From Scyliorhinus canicula (taxonomy: Eukaryota), in the NCBI RefSeq assembly GCF_902713615.1, contig NW_024055820.1, forward strand, positions 186,001-250,000: DNA of 64,000 nt, in the 5' to 3' direction. Made by a program: the position numbers and the translations under genes. Below the pieces are notes generated by a model, which saw nothing but the letters and a program-made list of their open reading frames with translations, ran no database searches and was not told where the DNA came from. Of this stretch, positions 1 to 13,275 are shown piece by piece; position 1 is the first letter of the stretch; every line of letters starts with the position of its first letter.

Positions 1-168
1 GTCTTTAAGACAGAAATTGATAAATTCTTGATTTCTCGAGGAATTAAGGGCTATGGGGAGAGAGCGGGTAAATGGAGTTGAAATCAACCATGATTGAATG
101 GTTGAGTGGACTCGATAGGCCGAATGGCCTTACTTCCACTCCTATGTCTTATGGTCTTATGGTCTTAT
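1..168 (+). mobile_element. CR1-type LINE 3' terminal fragment
   Basis: Ends in ...gaatggccttacttccactcctatgtcttatggtcttatggtcttat, resembling the elasmobranch CR1 3' tail; family assigned from recalled motif. Confidence 0.6.
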
Positions 169-3100
169 ACCTCTCTCAGTACCTTACTCTCTCTGTATCT
201 CCCTTCGGAACATTCTCTCTACGTCTCTCTATACCTCTTTGTGTGCATCTATATAACTGTGTGCATGTCTCTCTCTCTCTGTGTATCTCTCTCTCTCTCT
301 ATCTCTGTANNNNNNNNNNNNNNNNNNNNNNNNNNNNNNNNNNNNNNNNNNNNNNNNNNNNNNNNNNNNNNNNNNNNNNNNNNNNNNNNNNNNNNNNNNN
401 NNNNNNNNNNNNNNNNNNNNNNNNNNNNNNNNNNNNNNATCACTCTCTTCATCTCCCTCTGTATCTCTCTCTCTCTGCATCTCTCTTTGTGTATCTCTCT
501 CTGTTTCTCTCTCTATATCTCTCTCTCTGTATCTCTCGCTGTATCTTTCTCGGTATGTCTATCTCTGTATCCCCTCTCTGTATCTCTCTCTCTGTATCTC
601 TCTCTCTGCATCCCTCTCTCTGTATCTCTCTCTGTTTCTCTATCTGCATCTCTCTCTCTGTATCTCTCTCGGTCCCTATCTCTGTATCTCTATCTCTGTA
701 TCCCCCTCTGTGTATCTGTCTCTCTGCATCCCTCTCTGTGTATCTCTCTCTCTGTGTATCTCTCTCTTTGTAACTCTCTCCCTGTATCTCTCTCTTCATC
801 TCCCTCTGTATCTCTCTCTCTGCATCTCTCGTTGTGTATCTCTCTCTGTTTCTCTCTGTGTATCTCTCGCTCTGTATCTCTCTCTCTCTATTTCTCCCTC
901 TGTATTTCTCTCTCTGTATCACTCTCTCTGTATTTCTCTCTCTGTACTTATCTCTGTCTCTCTCTGAATCTCTCCGTACCATTCTCTCTCTCTCTGTGTC
1001 CCGATCTCTGTATCGTTTTCTATTCTTTCCATGTGCTCAATGATCAGTTCAGCCGGGAAAAATACTATTCACTCTCCCTCGGTACACGTGACAATAAACA
1101 AAAAGCAAACACAATTCTGTCCAATCCAATCTCTCTGTATCTAGCTTTCAATCTGTATTTATTTCTGTACATCACCCACCTTCTGCACCTCCCTCTCTCT
1201 GTTTGTCGCAACTCTCTCTCAGAATCTCGCTTCCTATGTGTCTCTCTCCCTCCTTCTGTATCTCCCGTTCTCTGCATCACTCTCTCTGTATCTCTCTCTG
1301 TATCACTCTCGGTAACTCTCTCTCTCTGTATCTCTCCCTCTCTGTGTATCTCTCTATGTATCTCTCTCTGAATCTCTTGCAATTTCTCAGAATCTCTCGC
1401 TGTACCTCTCTCTGATTATCCCCCTCTCTGCATCTCCCACTGTCTCTGTCTTATTAGTCTCCATCTTTCTCTCTATATCTCAATCACTCCCTGTACCTCT
1501 CTCAGTACCTCACTCTCTCTGTATCTCCCACCGAAACATTCTCTCTGCACCTCTCTCTACTTCTTTTTTGCATCTCTATGACTGTGTGTGTCTCTCTCTA
1601 TCTCTGTATCTCTCTCTCTGCATCTCTCTGTATCTCTCTCTGTATCTCTCTCTCTTTCTCTGTATCTCTCTCTCAGTATCTCTCTCTGTATCTCTCTCTC
1701 TCTGTATCTTTCTCCCTGTATCTCTCTCGGTATCTCTCTCTGCATCTCTCTCTCTGCATCACTCTCTCTCTGTATCTCTTTCTGTTTCTCTCTCTGTATC
1801 TCTCTCTCTGGATCTCTTTCTCTGGATCTCTCTCTGTATCTCTCTCTGTATCTCTCTCTCTGTACCGCTCTCTCTGTATCTCTCTCTGCATCTCTCTCTC
1901 TCTCTCTCTCTGTATCTCTCTCTGCATCTCTCTCTGTATCTCTCTCTGTACCTTTTATCTGTATCTCTCTCTGTATTCTCTCGCTCTGTATCTCTCTCTG
2001 TATCTCTCTCTCTGTATCTCTCTCTGCATCTCTCTCTGTATCTCTCTCTGTACCTTTTATCTGTATCTCTCTCTGTATTCTCTCGCTCTGTATCTCTCTC
2101 TGTTTCTCTCTCTCTGTATCGTTTTCTATTCTTTCCATGTACTCAACGATCATTTGAGCTGAGAGAAATACTTTTCACTCTCCCTCGGTACACGTGACAA
2201 TAAACAAAAAGCAAACACAATTCTGTCCAATCCAATCTCTCTATATCTAGCTTACAATCTGTATCTAGTTCTGTATCTCTCCCTCCTTCTGCACCTCCCT
2301 CTCTCTGTTTATCGTAACTCTCTCTCAGAATCTCGCTTCCTGTGTCTCTCTCTTCCTCCTTCTGTACCTCCCCTTTTCAGTATCTCTCTCTCTCTGTATC
2401 TCTCTCTGTACCTCTCTCTGTATCTCTCTCTGTAACTCTCTCTCCCTGTATCTCACTCTGTGTGTCTCTATGTATCTCTCTGTGTATCTCTCTCCGTGTA
2501 TCTCTCTCTGAGACTCTCGCCGTATCTCTCAGAATCTCTCAGAATCTCTCTCTGTACCACTCTCTGATTATCCCCCTCTCTGCATCTCCCACTGTCTCTG
2601 TCCTATTTCTCTCCATCTTTCTCTCTATATCTCAATCTCTCCCTGTACCTCTCTCAGTACCTCACTCTCTCTGTATCTCCCTCCGAAACATTCTCCCTGC
2701 GTCTCTCTCTACCGCTTTGTGTGCATCACTATGACTGTGTGTCTCTCTCTCTGTATCTCTCTCTCTGTATCTCTCTGTATCTGTCTCTGTATATCTCTCT
2801 GTATCTCTCTCTCTCCGTATCTCTCTTCCTGTATCTCCCTCTGTATCTCTCTCTCTCTGCATCTCTCTCTCTGTATCTTTCTCTGTTTCTCTTTCTGTAC
2901 CTCTCTCTGTATCTCTCTCTGTATCTCTATCTCTGTATCCCCCTCTCTGTATCTCTCTCTCTGTATCTCTCTCCCTGTATCTCTCTCTGCATCTCCCTAT
3001 GTATCTCTCTTTCTGCATCTCTCTCTCTGCATCTCTCTCTCTGTATCTCTCTCTGTTTCCCTCTCTGTATCTCTCTCTCTGTATTTCTTTCGATATCTCT

Positions 3101-3640
3101 ATCTCTGTATCCCCTTCTCTGTATCTCTCTCTCTGTATCTCTCTCTGTATCTCTCTATGTATCTCTCTCTCTGTATCCCTCTCTCTCTGTATCTCTCTGT
3201 CTCTCTGTATTTCTCTCTCTGTATCTCTCTCTCTGTATCTCTCTCTCTGTATCTCTCTCTGTGTCTCTCTGTATCTCTCCGTACCATTCTCTCTCTCTCT
3301 GTACCCCGATCTCTGTATCGTTTTGTATTATTTCCATGTACTCAATGATCAGTTCAGCTGGGAAAATACTTTTCACTCTCCCTCGGTACACGTGACAATA
3401 AACAAAAAGCAAACACAATTCTGTCCAATGCAATCTCTCTGTATCTAGCGTTCAATCTGTAACTCTTTCTGTATCTCACCCTCTCCCTCCTTCTGCACCT
3501 CCCTCTCTCTGTTTATCGTAACTCTCTCTCAGAATGTCTCTCTCTCTGTATCTTTTACGGTATCCCGCCCTCTATATCTATGTATTTTCCTCTCTCTGTA
3601 TCCCTCTCTCTGTTCCTCTCTGTTTCCCTCTCTCTGTGTC
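169..3640. repeat. (CTCTCTGTAT)n-like CT-rich low-complexity satellite, with an N gap at 310-438
   Basis: Directly visible degenerate CT/GTAT repeats; contains three copies of a ~120 bp unique block (1013, 2119, 3318). Confidence 0.95.
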
Positions 3641-3649
3641 TCTCTCTTT

Positions 3650-5010
3650 ATTTACAGTGGCCTTGAGCAGGTATCATTATTTATAGTGGTCCCTGGGCAG
3701 TATATCATCTTCACAGTGGTCCCTGGGCAGTATATCATTATTTTCACTTGTCCCTGGGAAGAATGTCATTATGTCATTATTTACGGTGGTCTTGGGTAGC
3801 TATCATCATTTACAGTGGGCACTGGATAGTATTTCATTATGTAAAGTCTCAATGGGTCGTACATCATTGTTTACAGTGATCCATGGGTAAAATATAAATA
3901 TTTCCAGTGGTCCCTGGGTAGTATATCTTTATTCACACAGGCCACTGGGTAGCATATCATTATTTACAGTGATCCCTGGGTAGTGCATCATTATTTACAG
4001 TGGTACCTGGGTAGTACATCATTATTTAGTGGTCCCTAGGTAGTATTTCATTATGTACAGTGGTCACTGGGCAGTATATCATGATTTACAGTGGTCCCTG
4101 TGTTGTATATCATTATTTTCAGTGGGCCGTGGGGAGAATATAATTATTTGCAGTGGTACCTCGGTAGTAGATCATTATTTGCAGTGGTCCCTGGGTAGAA
4201 TATCATTATTTACATTCGTCCTTGGGTCGCATATCTTAATTTACAGTGGTCCCTGTGTAGTTGATCATTATTTCCAGTGTCCCCTGGGTAGAATATCATA
4301 ATTTACAGTGGTCCCTGGGCAGTATGTCATTATTTACAGTGGTCCCTGGGAAGAATATCACGATTTACAGTGGTCCCTTGTAAGTAGATCATTATTTACA
4401 GTGATCCCTGGGTAGTATATCGTTATTTCCCGCTGCCGCTGGGTAGAATGAAATTATTTACAGTGGTCTCTGGTCAGGATATCATTATTTACAGTTGTCC
4501 CTGGGCAATACATCATTATTCATAGTGCCCCCTGGGTCGTATATCATTATTCATAGTGTTCCCCGCCTGGTATGTCTTTTTCACAGTGATCTCTGGGTAG
4601 TGTATCATTACTTACAGTGGTCCCTGGGTAGTATTTCATTATTTATAGTGGTCACTGGGTAGAATATCATTATTTTCAGCTATCGCTGAGTTGAATATCA
4701 TTATTTGCAGAGGTCCGTGGACAGTATTGCATTATTTGCAGTGGCCCCTGGCTAGGATATCATTGTTTACTTTTCTCCCCGGGTAGAATATCATTATTTA
4801 CAGTGGACCCAGGGCAGTACATCATTATTTACAGTGGTCCCTGTGTAGTTAAGCAATATTTACAGTGGTCCCTGGGTAGTATATCATTATTTACAGTGGT
4901 CCCTGGGCAGGATATCGTTATGTACAGTGGTCCCTGGGTAGTATATCACACTTAAAGAGGTCCCTGGGTAGTATATCATTATTTTCAGTTGTGCCTGGCA
5001 ATCTATCATT
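3650..5010. repeat. ~31 bp minisatellite (consensus ATATCATTATTTACAGTGGTCCCTGGGTAGT)
   Basis: Roughly 40 head-to-tail degenerate copies, no unique spacers. Confidence 0.9.
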
Positions 5011-5259
5011 AGTCACGACATTAACTGGACACCGAGAACTGACATAAATGGCCACCTGCTGGTTGTGCAATTTGTTTTGACAGATTCCCAGAGAGAGACG
5101 TGAATAATGATATTTTGCCCAGGGACAGTCCACAGAAAGAACACGGCTGAAAACAAGGAAGGGAGAAAAGAAAGGGGTGGGTAAGGGGGTACACAAGGAG
5201 AAGGGAGACCACACCCCTGATAGGTCAGGAAGGGGATCACGGAGGCCCTGCGGCAGAGA

Positions 5260-6540
5260 GAGGGGTAGGGTTAGGGAAAGGGCGCATGGGGGGGGGGGGG
5301 GGGAGAGGAGAAGGGTTAGGGAAAGGGCGCATGGGGGGGGGGAGAGGGGAAGGATTAGGGAAAGGGAGGCTGGGGAGGAGGTGAAGGGTTAGGGAAAAAG
5401 GGTCTGGGGGGGAGAGAGGGGAAGGGGTAGAGAAAGGGGGCTGGGGGAGCAGGGGGAATGGTTAGGGAAAGGGGGACTGGGGAGAGAGGGGAAGGGTTAG
5501 GGAAAGGGGGGCTGTGGAGAGAGGGGAAGGGTTAGGGAAAAGGGGGCTGGGGGGGATAGGGGAAGGGTTGAGGAAAGGGGGGGGTGGAGGAGGGGAACGG
5601 CTAGGGAAAGGGGGGCTGGGGGGAGAGAGGGGGAGGGTTAGGGAAAGGGGCTGTGGGGGGAGAGGGGAAGGGTTAGGGAAAGGGGGGCTGCGGGGGGAGA
5701 GAGGAGAAGGGTCACGGAAAGGGGGCTGGGAAGAGAGAGGGGAAGGGATAGGGAAAGGGGGCTGGGGGAGAGAAGGGAAGGGTTAGGGAAAGGGGGGCTG
5801 TGGGGGAGCGAGGGGAAGGGCTAGGGAAAGGGGGGCTGGGGGAGAGGGGAAGGGTTATGGGAAGAGGGCTGGTGGAAAGTGGAAGGGTTGGGGAAAGGGG
5901 GCTGGGGAGAGGGGAAGGATTAGGGAAAGGGGGCTGCGGGGGGTGGAGGGGAAGGGTTAGGGAAAGGGGAGCTGGGGAGAGGGGAGGGGTTGGGAAAGGG
6001 AGGCTGGGGAGAGAGGGGAAGGGTTAGAGAAAGGGAGGCTGGTGGGGAGAGGGAAAGTGTTAGTGAAAGGGGGCTGGGGGTTGAGGGGAAGGGTTAGGGA
6101 AAGTGGGACTGGGGGGTGAGAGGGGACGGGTTAGGGAAAGGGGGGCTGGGGGTGAGAGGGGAAGGGTTAGGGAAATGGAGGCTGGGGGAGAGAGGGGAAG
6201 GGTTATGGAAAGGGGGGCTGGGGAGCGGGGAAGGGTTAGGGAAAGGGAGGCTGGGGGAGCGGGGAAGGATTAGGGAAAGTGGGCTGTGGGGGAGAGAGGG
6301 GAAAGGGTTAGGGAAAGGGAGTTGGGGGGAGAGGGGAAGGGTTAGAGAAAGGGGGCTGGGGAGAGAGGGGAAGGGTTAGGGAAAGGGGGCTGTGGGGGAG
6401 AGAGGGGAAGGTTTAGGGAAATCGGGGCTGGGGGAATAGAGGGGAAGTGTTTGGGAAAGGGGGCTGTGGAAGAGAGGGGAAGGGTTAGGGAAAGGGTGCC
6501 TGCGGGGGAGAGGGGAGGGTTAGGGAAAGGGGCGCTGGGG
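5260..6540. repeat. G-rich ~33-35 bp minisatellite (GGGAAGGGTTAGGGAAAGGGGGGCTGGGGAGAGA)
   Basis: Tandem purine-rich units, most containing GGGTTAGGG. Confidence 0.9.
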
Positions 6541-6628
6541 TGGGAGGGAGAGAGTGGAAGTACCGGCGAAGGGGAACTGACACACACACAGACAGACACA
6601 CACAGATACTAACACAAACACACACAGA

Positions 6629-9600
6629 CAGTGGTGGGTCTAAACATATTGGTTGCCAGGAGACAAAGGGGACCCACCCACAACTACAATGCAATCGTTT
6701 AATTTTCATAACGAATCAATAACATTTTCAAAAAATACATATGGAAAAAAGGGTACAATTAAAATGTTTGTGGAAAAAATGTGTATTTCTTAGTAATTAC
6801 AGTGTACATGTACTGTACATATTACTGGCAGTAGATACCAAATGTAAATAGAGAATGTTATAATTGAATTTTTTATTTATTTTTTAAAATTTTAAGTAAT
6901 TGGTTGATATTTTTAAATAGTTTACTGCACAATTTCCACATTAACAGATAGTTCAAAAGCACAATAGAGCATTGCATACAGTCCACTATATTAAGAGCAA
7001 TCGTTTGTGTTCGCTAGATGATTGTGCGAATCTGCCAATAATTGCTTCTGCATCCAATTCATCTAACAATTCCTTTTCAATGGATAGCAACATGTATGAT
7101 TCCAAATTCTCCTCAGACAGCGAATTTCTTAACCTTGTCTTTATGACCTTTAGCTTTGAAAATGTCCCCTCACATTGGACTTGAGTAACTGATAGTGTGC
7201 AGATGACTTTATAAAGTTCATAAAGGTTATCATATGCCTTGTCGTGAAGTCTGTTGGATGCCAGAATTTTTAGTACACACGATGGGCAAGTGCTGCAAAT
7301 TTTACAATTGTTGCAACTGGAATCCACATTCTCACCATCATTAAGCAATAGCTTTAATACATCAAAGTTTGAAGCAAAAGAAAACAATTCTAATATTACT
7401 TGATCTTTGCTGATTTGCGGAAACAGCTTAATAATATCTTCCAATGCTTCATCTTCAAGGCCCTTCTCTGCAATAGTTTTAAACTTTGCTGGGTCCAAGC
7501 AGGACAAATCTTTATACAACTGTTTGTGTTGTACAAAGCGTGATTCTAGTGACTGGACAATGCGATCCATTATTAGGTTAAACACATTTACTCGAAAATC
7601 AGCTAGAGAATCTAAGGAATTTATTTCATCATCAATAAGCTCATCTGCCATTCTTTTCTTCTTCCTCTGTCTCTTAACTGGCAATGCTGTTTCCAACGCA
7701 TCAATTTCCAATGTTTGATTTTCATCCATATTCATCTGTGAAATCCTGTCATTACATTTATTTACAAATTCCAAAGCCTTACTGTGAACGTTATCAAATG
7801 TTCTTGTCTGTTCCTTCAACTTTGTTGTAGCTGAATCTACCAAACTCCATGCATTAAACATATCTAAACCACTTGTCTGTAGATAACTTGTTAACGGGGT
7901 TGTAGTTTCAAATATATACAAGTAAGTAAATGCTGTCAATATGGTTTCAAACTTTAGAAGGCTTTGAAGTAAAACATTTGCTTCATGTTTTGTTTTTGCA
8001 TCAAACTTTTCTGAATCTTGTATCATTGATAAGCATGTCAATAGATTTACGAAAGTACTGGCAGCGGCATCATCAAAACGTCCAAGTATAGTTGTTGCTG
8101 CATTGGATTTTCCTGACCATCTGGTCTCACCAATTGGCTTTAATCGTTTCATTTTTTCCCGTCCTAGATGTTTTCCAACAACTTCTATCCATACAGCCAT
8201 TCTCTTGTATGATGCTTTCACAAAAGTTTCTATATTCTGGAGCAAATTGAAAAAAGAAACTGCAGGCACACAACATTTTGTTGTTTCAGTTGTCACCAAA
8301 TTCAAGACATGGGCATAGCACCATATATGAACATGTTAATCAGCCACATCAGCAACTTTACTTTGTAAACCATTATACTGGCCATGGTAGCTTGCATCGC
8401 CATCTGTGCTATCAGATAAACATTTTTGGGGGTCAATTTTAAGATGCTGTAATGTTTCAATCAATAGATCAAAAAGTACCTGTCCTGTACCATCATTACA
8501 TGGCACAACTGAAAGTAGTCGCTCACAGATAATACCTTTAAGCACATACCGAATAATAATGCTAAACTGATCGATGGATGAATTATCTTGTGTTGAATCA
8601 ACCTGAATAGAATAATATTTTGCTTGAGAAACTTCATGACTAATTCTTTCTTGCATCGTATTCTTCATAATTTTGATTAACATGTTTATAGTTGTTTTAC
8701 TCAGGTATGTAACAAGTCCACCACGGCCTTTACTTTGAGCCTTTCTTTGTTGCTCTAATCGTTTGATTCTTTGTTTAGACTTGTTTTGCACTGCATAAAC
8801 ATGAGCTGCCATAATGGGGTCATATTTTGCCATCAACTGCACTGTAGCTAAAAAATTGCCATGATTCAGAACCTCATTATCTAGAGTGTAGGCCGATTTA
8901 TTTATGTGACCTAGGAAAGGAAGTGCTTGCTTGCCTAACATCTTTATGATGTCTATAATCCTCATGACAATACTTCTCTGCTTCAATACATCTTCTTTCC
9001 TTTTAATTAGTGATGCTGCAAAAAATCTATCTAAGGTGCCATCATTAACCACATTGATACATTGCTGAGCATTTCTGACATGTGTTGTTGTCGATTCATG
9101 TAAAGTCAAGCTCTGGCTAATACGCCTGTAGTCACTAAAGCCACGTACAAAGGGTGATGGATTACAAGTGTTGGTAAACTCAAAGGCTAAGCAGTATGAA
9201 CGATATAAGCATCTATTTTCTTTGTTATATGTTAGCCATTTTCTTGGGACTGAGTCATTCATAATTTTCCTCTCATACAAACGAGCATCAAATGGCAGAT
9301 CATCAAGTGGCTGAAGTGGATGTTCAGCAAAAAACTGTTTTAGCTTTGCTCGTGATGGATATTGGAAGATTCCAGTAATTGATCTTTCATTTTCTTGCGT
9401 AGGTTCATTTACAGGATGTGCTTCGGAAACCAAGTCATTTATGCTTGAAGGAATATCTGATTCCCTGTCACTAGCTGAAACTATGTGTTCAGATGTTGCA
9501 ACTACAGGCAGTACAGATACCGGAACAAGGAAGCCAGAAGAAATATTGGGCCTGGGTTGATTAGTAATGGATGCACTTGTATTTGTCTCTACATTCAAAG

Positions 9601-11016
9601 TAGCTCATCTCTGTTCTTGTAACTCGCATGTCATTGCATCATCACTATGAGCATTGTTTCTTGCTTCTTGATTATTTGTTGCAGAACTGGATATTGATGT
9701 GGATTGTGCTTGTGGTATTATAAACTCTGTAATAGGCCTGCATCGCTTGGCTGATTCCTTCCTTTCGGATTCTTTTTGTTCTTTGCGTTTTAGTGAACCA
9801 GATTTATGCTTTTTCTTTTCCATGCTGGTAGGGGTAATATTCCTGAAATAAAAACGTAATTAAAAATAGCCCACATTGGGAAAAATGAATATTGATGACT
9901 GCAAGAATAACTTGAAGGAACGCCAGATAAACCCCTACTTGATAAAAAATATAAAATAACTTACTTACACTTCAATAGGCTATGTTCATGAGTCAATACT
10001 ACTGTGGCCTATGCAGCTTCAGAAGAGGAGACAATCCACTGTCCAGTGTTCACACCAGCAAGCAACTGAGACAACTGTTGAAACTTAGAATTTTGGTCCG
10101 ACTATAGTAAGACATTAAGAATGGTCCCACGACCAAAGTTAACATGTCCAGTTTGAGACCAGTGTAGTGTTACAAGTCGCAACCCTTTGAGTTTACCGAT
10201 CATAGCTTATCACTTCAATATCTTTGACTTCATGATTCACGGTCAACGGTACCACTTCTCCTTTTCGGTGACCTCACGACCCTAGGTACTGCTTGATATC
10301 CTTTCAAGTTGCCGACCATCTCAAATCACGAACTGTAACTTTATCTTTAAATTCACACACTCTTGCTGAAAACGTGGATTTCCAACTATATCCGACCCGG
10401 GTGACACCACCCCCCCCCCCCCCCGACTCCACTCCTTTTCACATCCGTTTAACACTGCTTCGTTCCTTCATACACTGAGTGATTATTTGTTTGTTTCTTT
10501 ATTGTATTTTTATTTGGTATTGCTCATTTTAAAAACAATTATATTTTATCAAGTTAGGATACAAATCTCAGGAAAGAAGTTGGAGATTTATTTATCTAAT
10601 TAATTATAATTTTTAAGGGTCCTTCAGAGATTCACAGACCCCTTCTTGGCTCTCCGGGCCCTGGACCGATGAACCAAGACTACTGCTTGATATCCTTTGA
10701 AGTTGCCGACCATCTCAAATCACGAATTGTAACTTTATCTTTAAATTCACACACTCTTGCTGAAATCATGGAATTTCCTTAATTATGCCCGACCCGGTCC
10801 CCCTGTTCCATATCCTTCCACTACCTTCCCTGCTTTGTTCCTTTTCATGCACTGCTTATGTGTGTCCTGTTCTCTTTTTTTTTCTTATTCCTTTTTATTA
10901 CTAAAACAGTTGTCTGTGTTTGTTTCTTTATTGCATTTTTATTTGATATAGGGGGCCCACTTCATCAGGGGCCCACTTGCCATCGACAAGTTGACACCCT
11001 GGCCAGTCCGCCACTG
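6629..11016 (-). mobile_element. hAT-superfamily DNA transposon
   Basis: Contains hAT transposase ORF; candidate TIRs CAGTGGTGGGTC at 6629 and revcomp CAGTGGCGGACT ending 11016. No matching 8-bp TSD (left flank is a CA repeat), so the ends are tentative. Confidence 0.7.
6986..9823 (-). pseudogene. hAT transposase (ZMYM1/DUF4371-like), two premature stops
   Basis: ORFs 9605-9823, 8336-9598 and 6986-8305 share one frame, split by TGA (9605-07) and TAA (8336-38). Motifs: TTF-type Zn finger remnant, YSIQVDSTQD, SDSTDG, HIWCYAHVLNL (across the second stop), ETRW, CEGTFSKLKVIKTRLRN dimerisation domain. Confidence 0.92.
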
Positions 11017-11258
11017 CTCATGCCCTCTACTATCTTGAAGGACAAGGGCAGCAGATATCTGGAGTTTCCCCTCCAAGCCACTCACCATCTGACTTGGAAA
11101 TATATACCTGTCTTTCACTGTCATTGGGTCAAAATCTGGGAATTTCCTCCCTAAAACACTATGGATGTTCCTGCACCACATTGACTGCAGAGGTTCAAGA
11201 CTGTAGCTGAGTACTATCACCTCGGCGGCAATTAGGGGTGGGCAACAAATGCTGGCCG
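11017..11258 (+). mobile_element. LINE 3' tail fragment (shark CR1/L2-like)
   Basis: ...gactgcagaggttcaag...gcaattaggggtgggcaacaaatgctggcc; a related copy lies at ~15385-15570. Confidence 0.55.
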
Positions 11259-13275
11259 GACGAGAGTCACCCACACGCTCGTAACTGATTGTTTTTTTAA
11301 ATAGCAGATTCTGTGCACCAGTCCAAGAATCGTACTTCAGCTCAATCCCTTCATAGGCTCCTTTTTTCCGAGCGAACATCATCAGACTGGATTGAAAGCA
11401 GATCACTTTCCTTTTTAAAATAAATTGTCTCATTAACCGGCTCAGCCACTCTTCACCATCCTTTCATTATCCACCTCCGAAATAATAGGGTTTTTGGTTG
11501 ATTATTTTGAGCAAAGGAAAGCGATAACCGCAGGATGTCAGTTGCACTTATCAGAAACAAATTCCACCAGGTGACATGTGATTTCAAACGAGTTTTACTG
11601 GCCGTTTGAAAATTGTTTCTACCAATTGCGTATTAAGAAATGGTGAAAGTGGCAGCATTAACACGATATTTTAGTTATTATTATTTTTCATAACCACGTG
11701 TGTGAGAGTTTCAAAAGAGATTTTGTAAAGTGGTGTGAACAATTAAAGAGAGGGTGAACAATGCTGTTAATTGGATTACATCCTAACGTCATTAATATGT
11801 AACCTTGGACAATCAAATTCGGAAAGTGACTAACACCGACAGGTTAACGTGGTCCAAACTGATTGATGTGACCAAGAGTACTTCCGGTTCGTTAATTGAC
11901 TTACACATTTATTCAATGATCATCTGGCTGGATTTTCCGATACAATTTATGTTCAAGATGAGGCAAATAAAATAATTGCAAATTGATTTTATGAAATTTA
12001 GCCCTTCCGCGTCTAATTTGATTTATTGGTATCATTTCAATGGTCGTCGAGATACACCACTGACAGAACACATCGTTTGTCCACATGTTTCATCAATTAG
12101 CTTCAGATGGTAGTTTATTGGAAAGGAAATGTAACAGCAAGGAGCACATTGTCTTTTCTACTCACCTTTTCCCACCTCTTTAGTAATTGGGCCCATAGCT
12201 CCAGGTTGCCGTTTTCTCGTTGTTCTGCCTTCTTTCCTCTATGTTACCGGGGAGATTTGTGCTGTGGTTGGATCAGGTGTGCTTGGTTGTGTGGAATGTA
12301 CTTCTGCTCTGACAGAGGAGTTCAGGAGCGGCAGGGTCAAGGATCATCATGCAGATCTGTCTCCCAACACTCCTTATCATTATATCACCTGTCGGTAATT
12401 ATTTCCTTCGTGCTTAAAATATATCCACCTCCACAACTCTCCCCACCCAGCCCAAAATTCATAGTACAACCGCCTCCCCACCCAAACACTGCCCTGATCC
12501 GGGTGTCAGTACAGGCAATATAATAGTGGCAATGATGCCGGTGAATTCTTTGCGAACATTTAATTCAGATATGAGACATGGCGGTTCGGTCCCGTAAAAA
12601 GCTCATTTATTTGCCTTTTTATCCAGAGTATTATCCCTCACAATTAGACTGTGGCTTACAGACATTTGCAGAAACTGACCTCAAAGAGCATTCTGTTAAA
12701 CACTTTATTTTAAATGTTACAAGCAAATGTTGTGAAGGGTTGGTTCTCAGTAAATAAAGATAAAGAAAGCTAGAAAGGGAGGAACGAAGGAAGGGAAGGG
12801 GAAAGGAACGACGGAAGGAACGAAGGAAAGAAGGACGGAAGGAGAAAAAGAAGGAAGGAAGAAAAAAACATAATAATAAAGAGCATTCTTATAGACAGCG
12901 TCTGTGACGTCCTCAGACTGGTAGCCAATTAGGAATTTTCATGTTGCAATGTAGTTTTCCATACAGTAAATTAGCGTCTCATCCAGGAAGGCAGCAACTC
13001 TGATAGTTGGTATTAATTCAGGCCGACAAGAGATATTCGGGACAGTAGTGTAGGCCTGACATATCTCAAATCCGGGAGCTATCACCAGGACAATCTGATT
13101 CTGGCGAGAGAGGGGGATTTGTGACTCCTGCCGAAGCCAATGGACTTTTGAATGGCTCTCCGCATCTTCTAGACTCATCGCACGGAGATGGAGCCATGAG
13201 ATTGAGCATACTGTGTGCCGCACTGAACTATGCTGGTCGAAGTGAATTAACCAGAGGAGGTTACAAAGTGTATCT

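Noticed and set aside
3650-5010. Regular ~31 bp repeats resembling a CRISPR array
   Set aside because: Units are head-to-tail without unique spacers, there are no cas genes, and the context is vertebrate.
72-6722. Many long ORFs rich in S/L/C, R/E or G
   Set aside because: Translations of CT-, GA- and G-rich simple repeats; no protein-like complexity.
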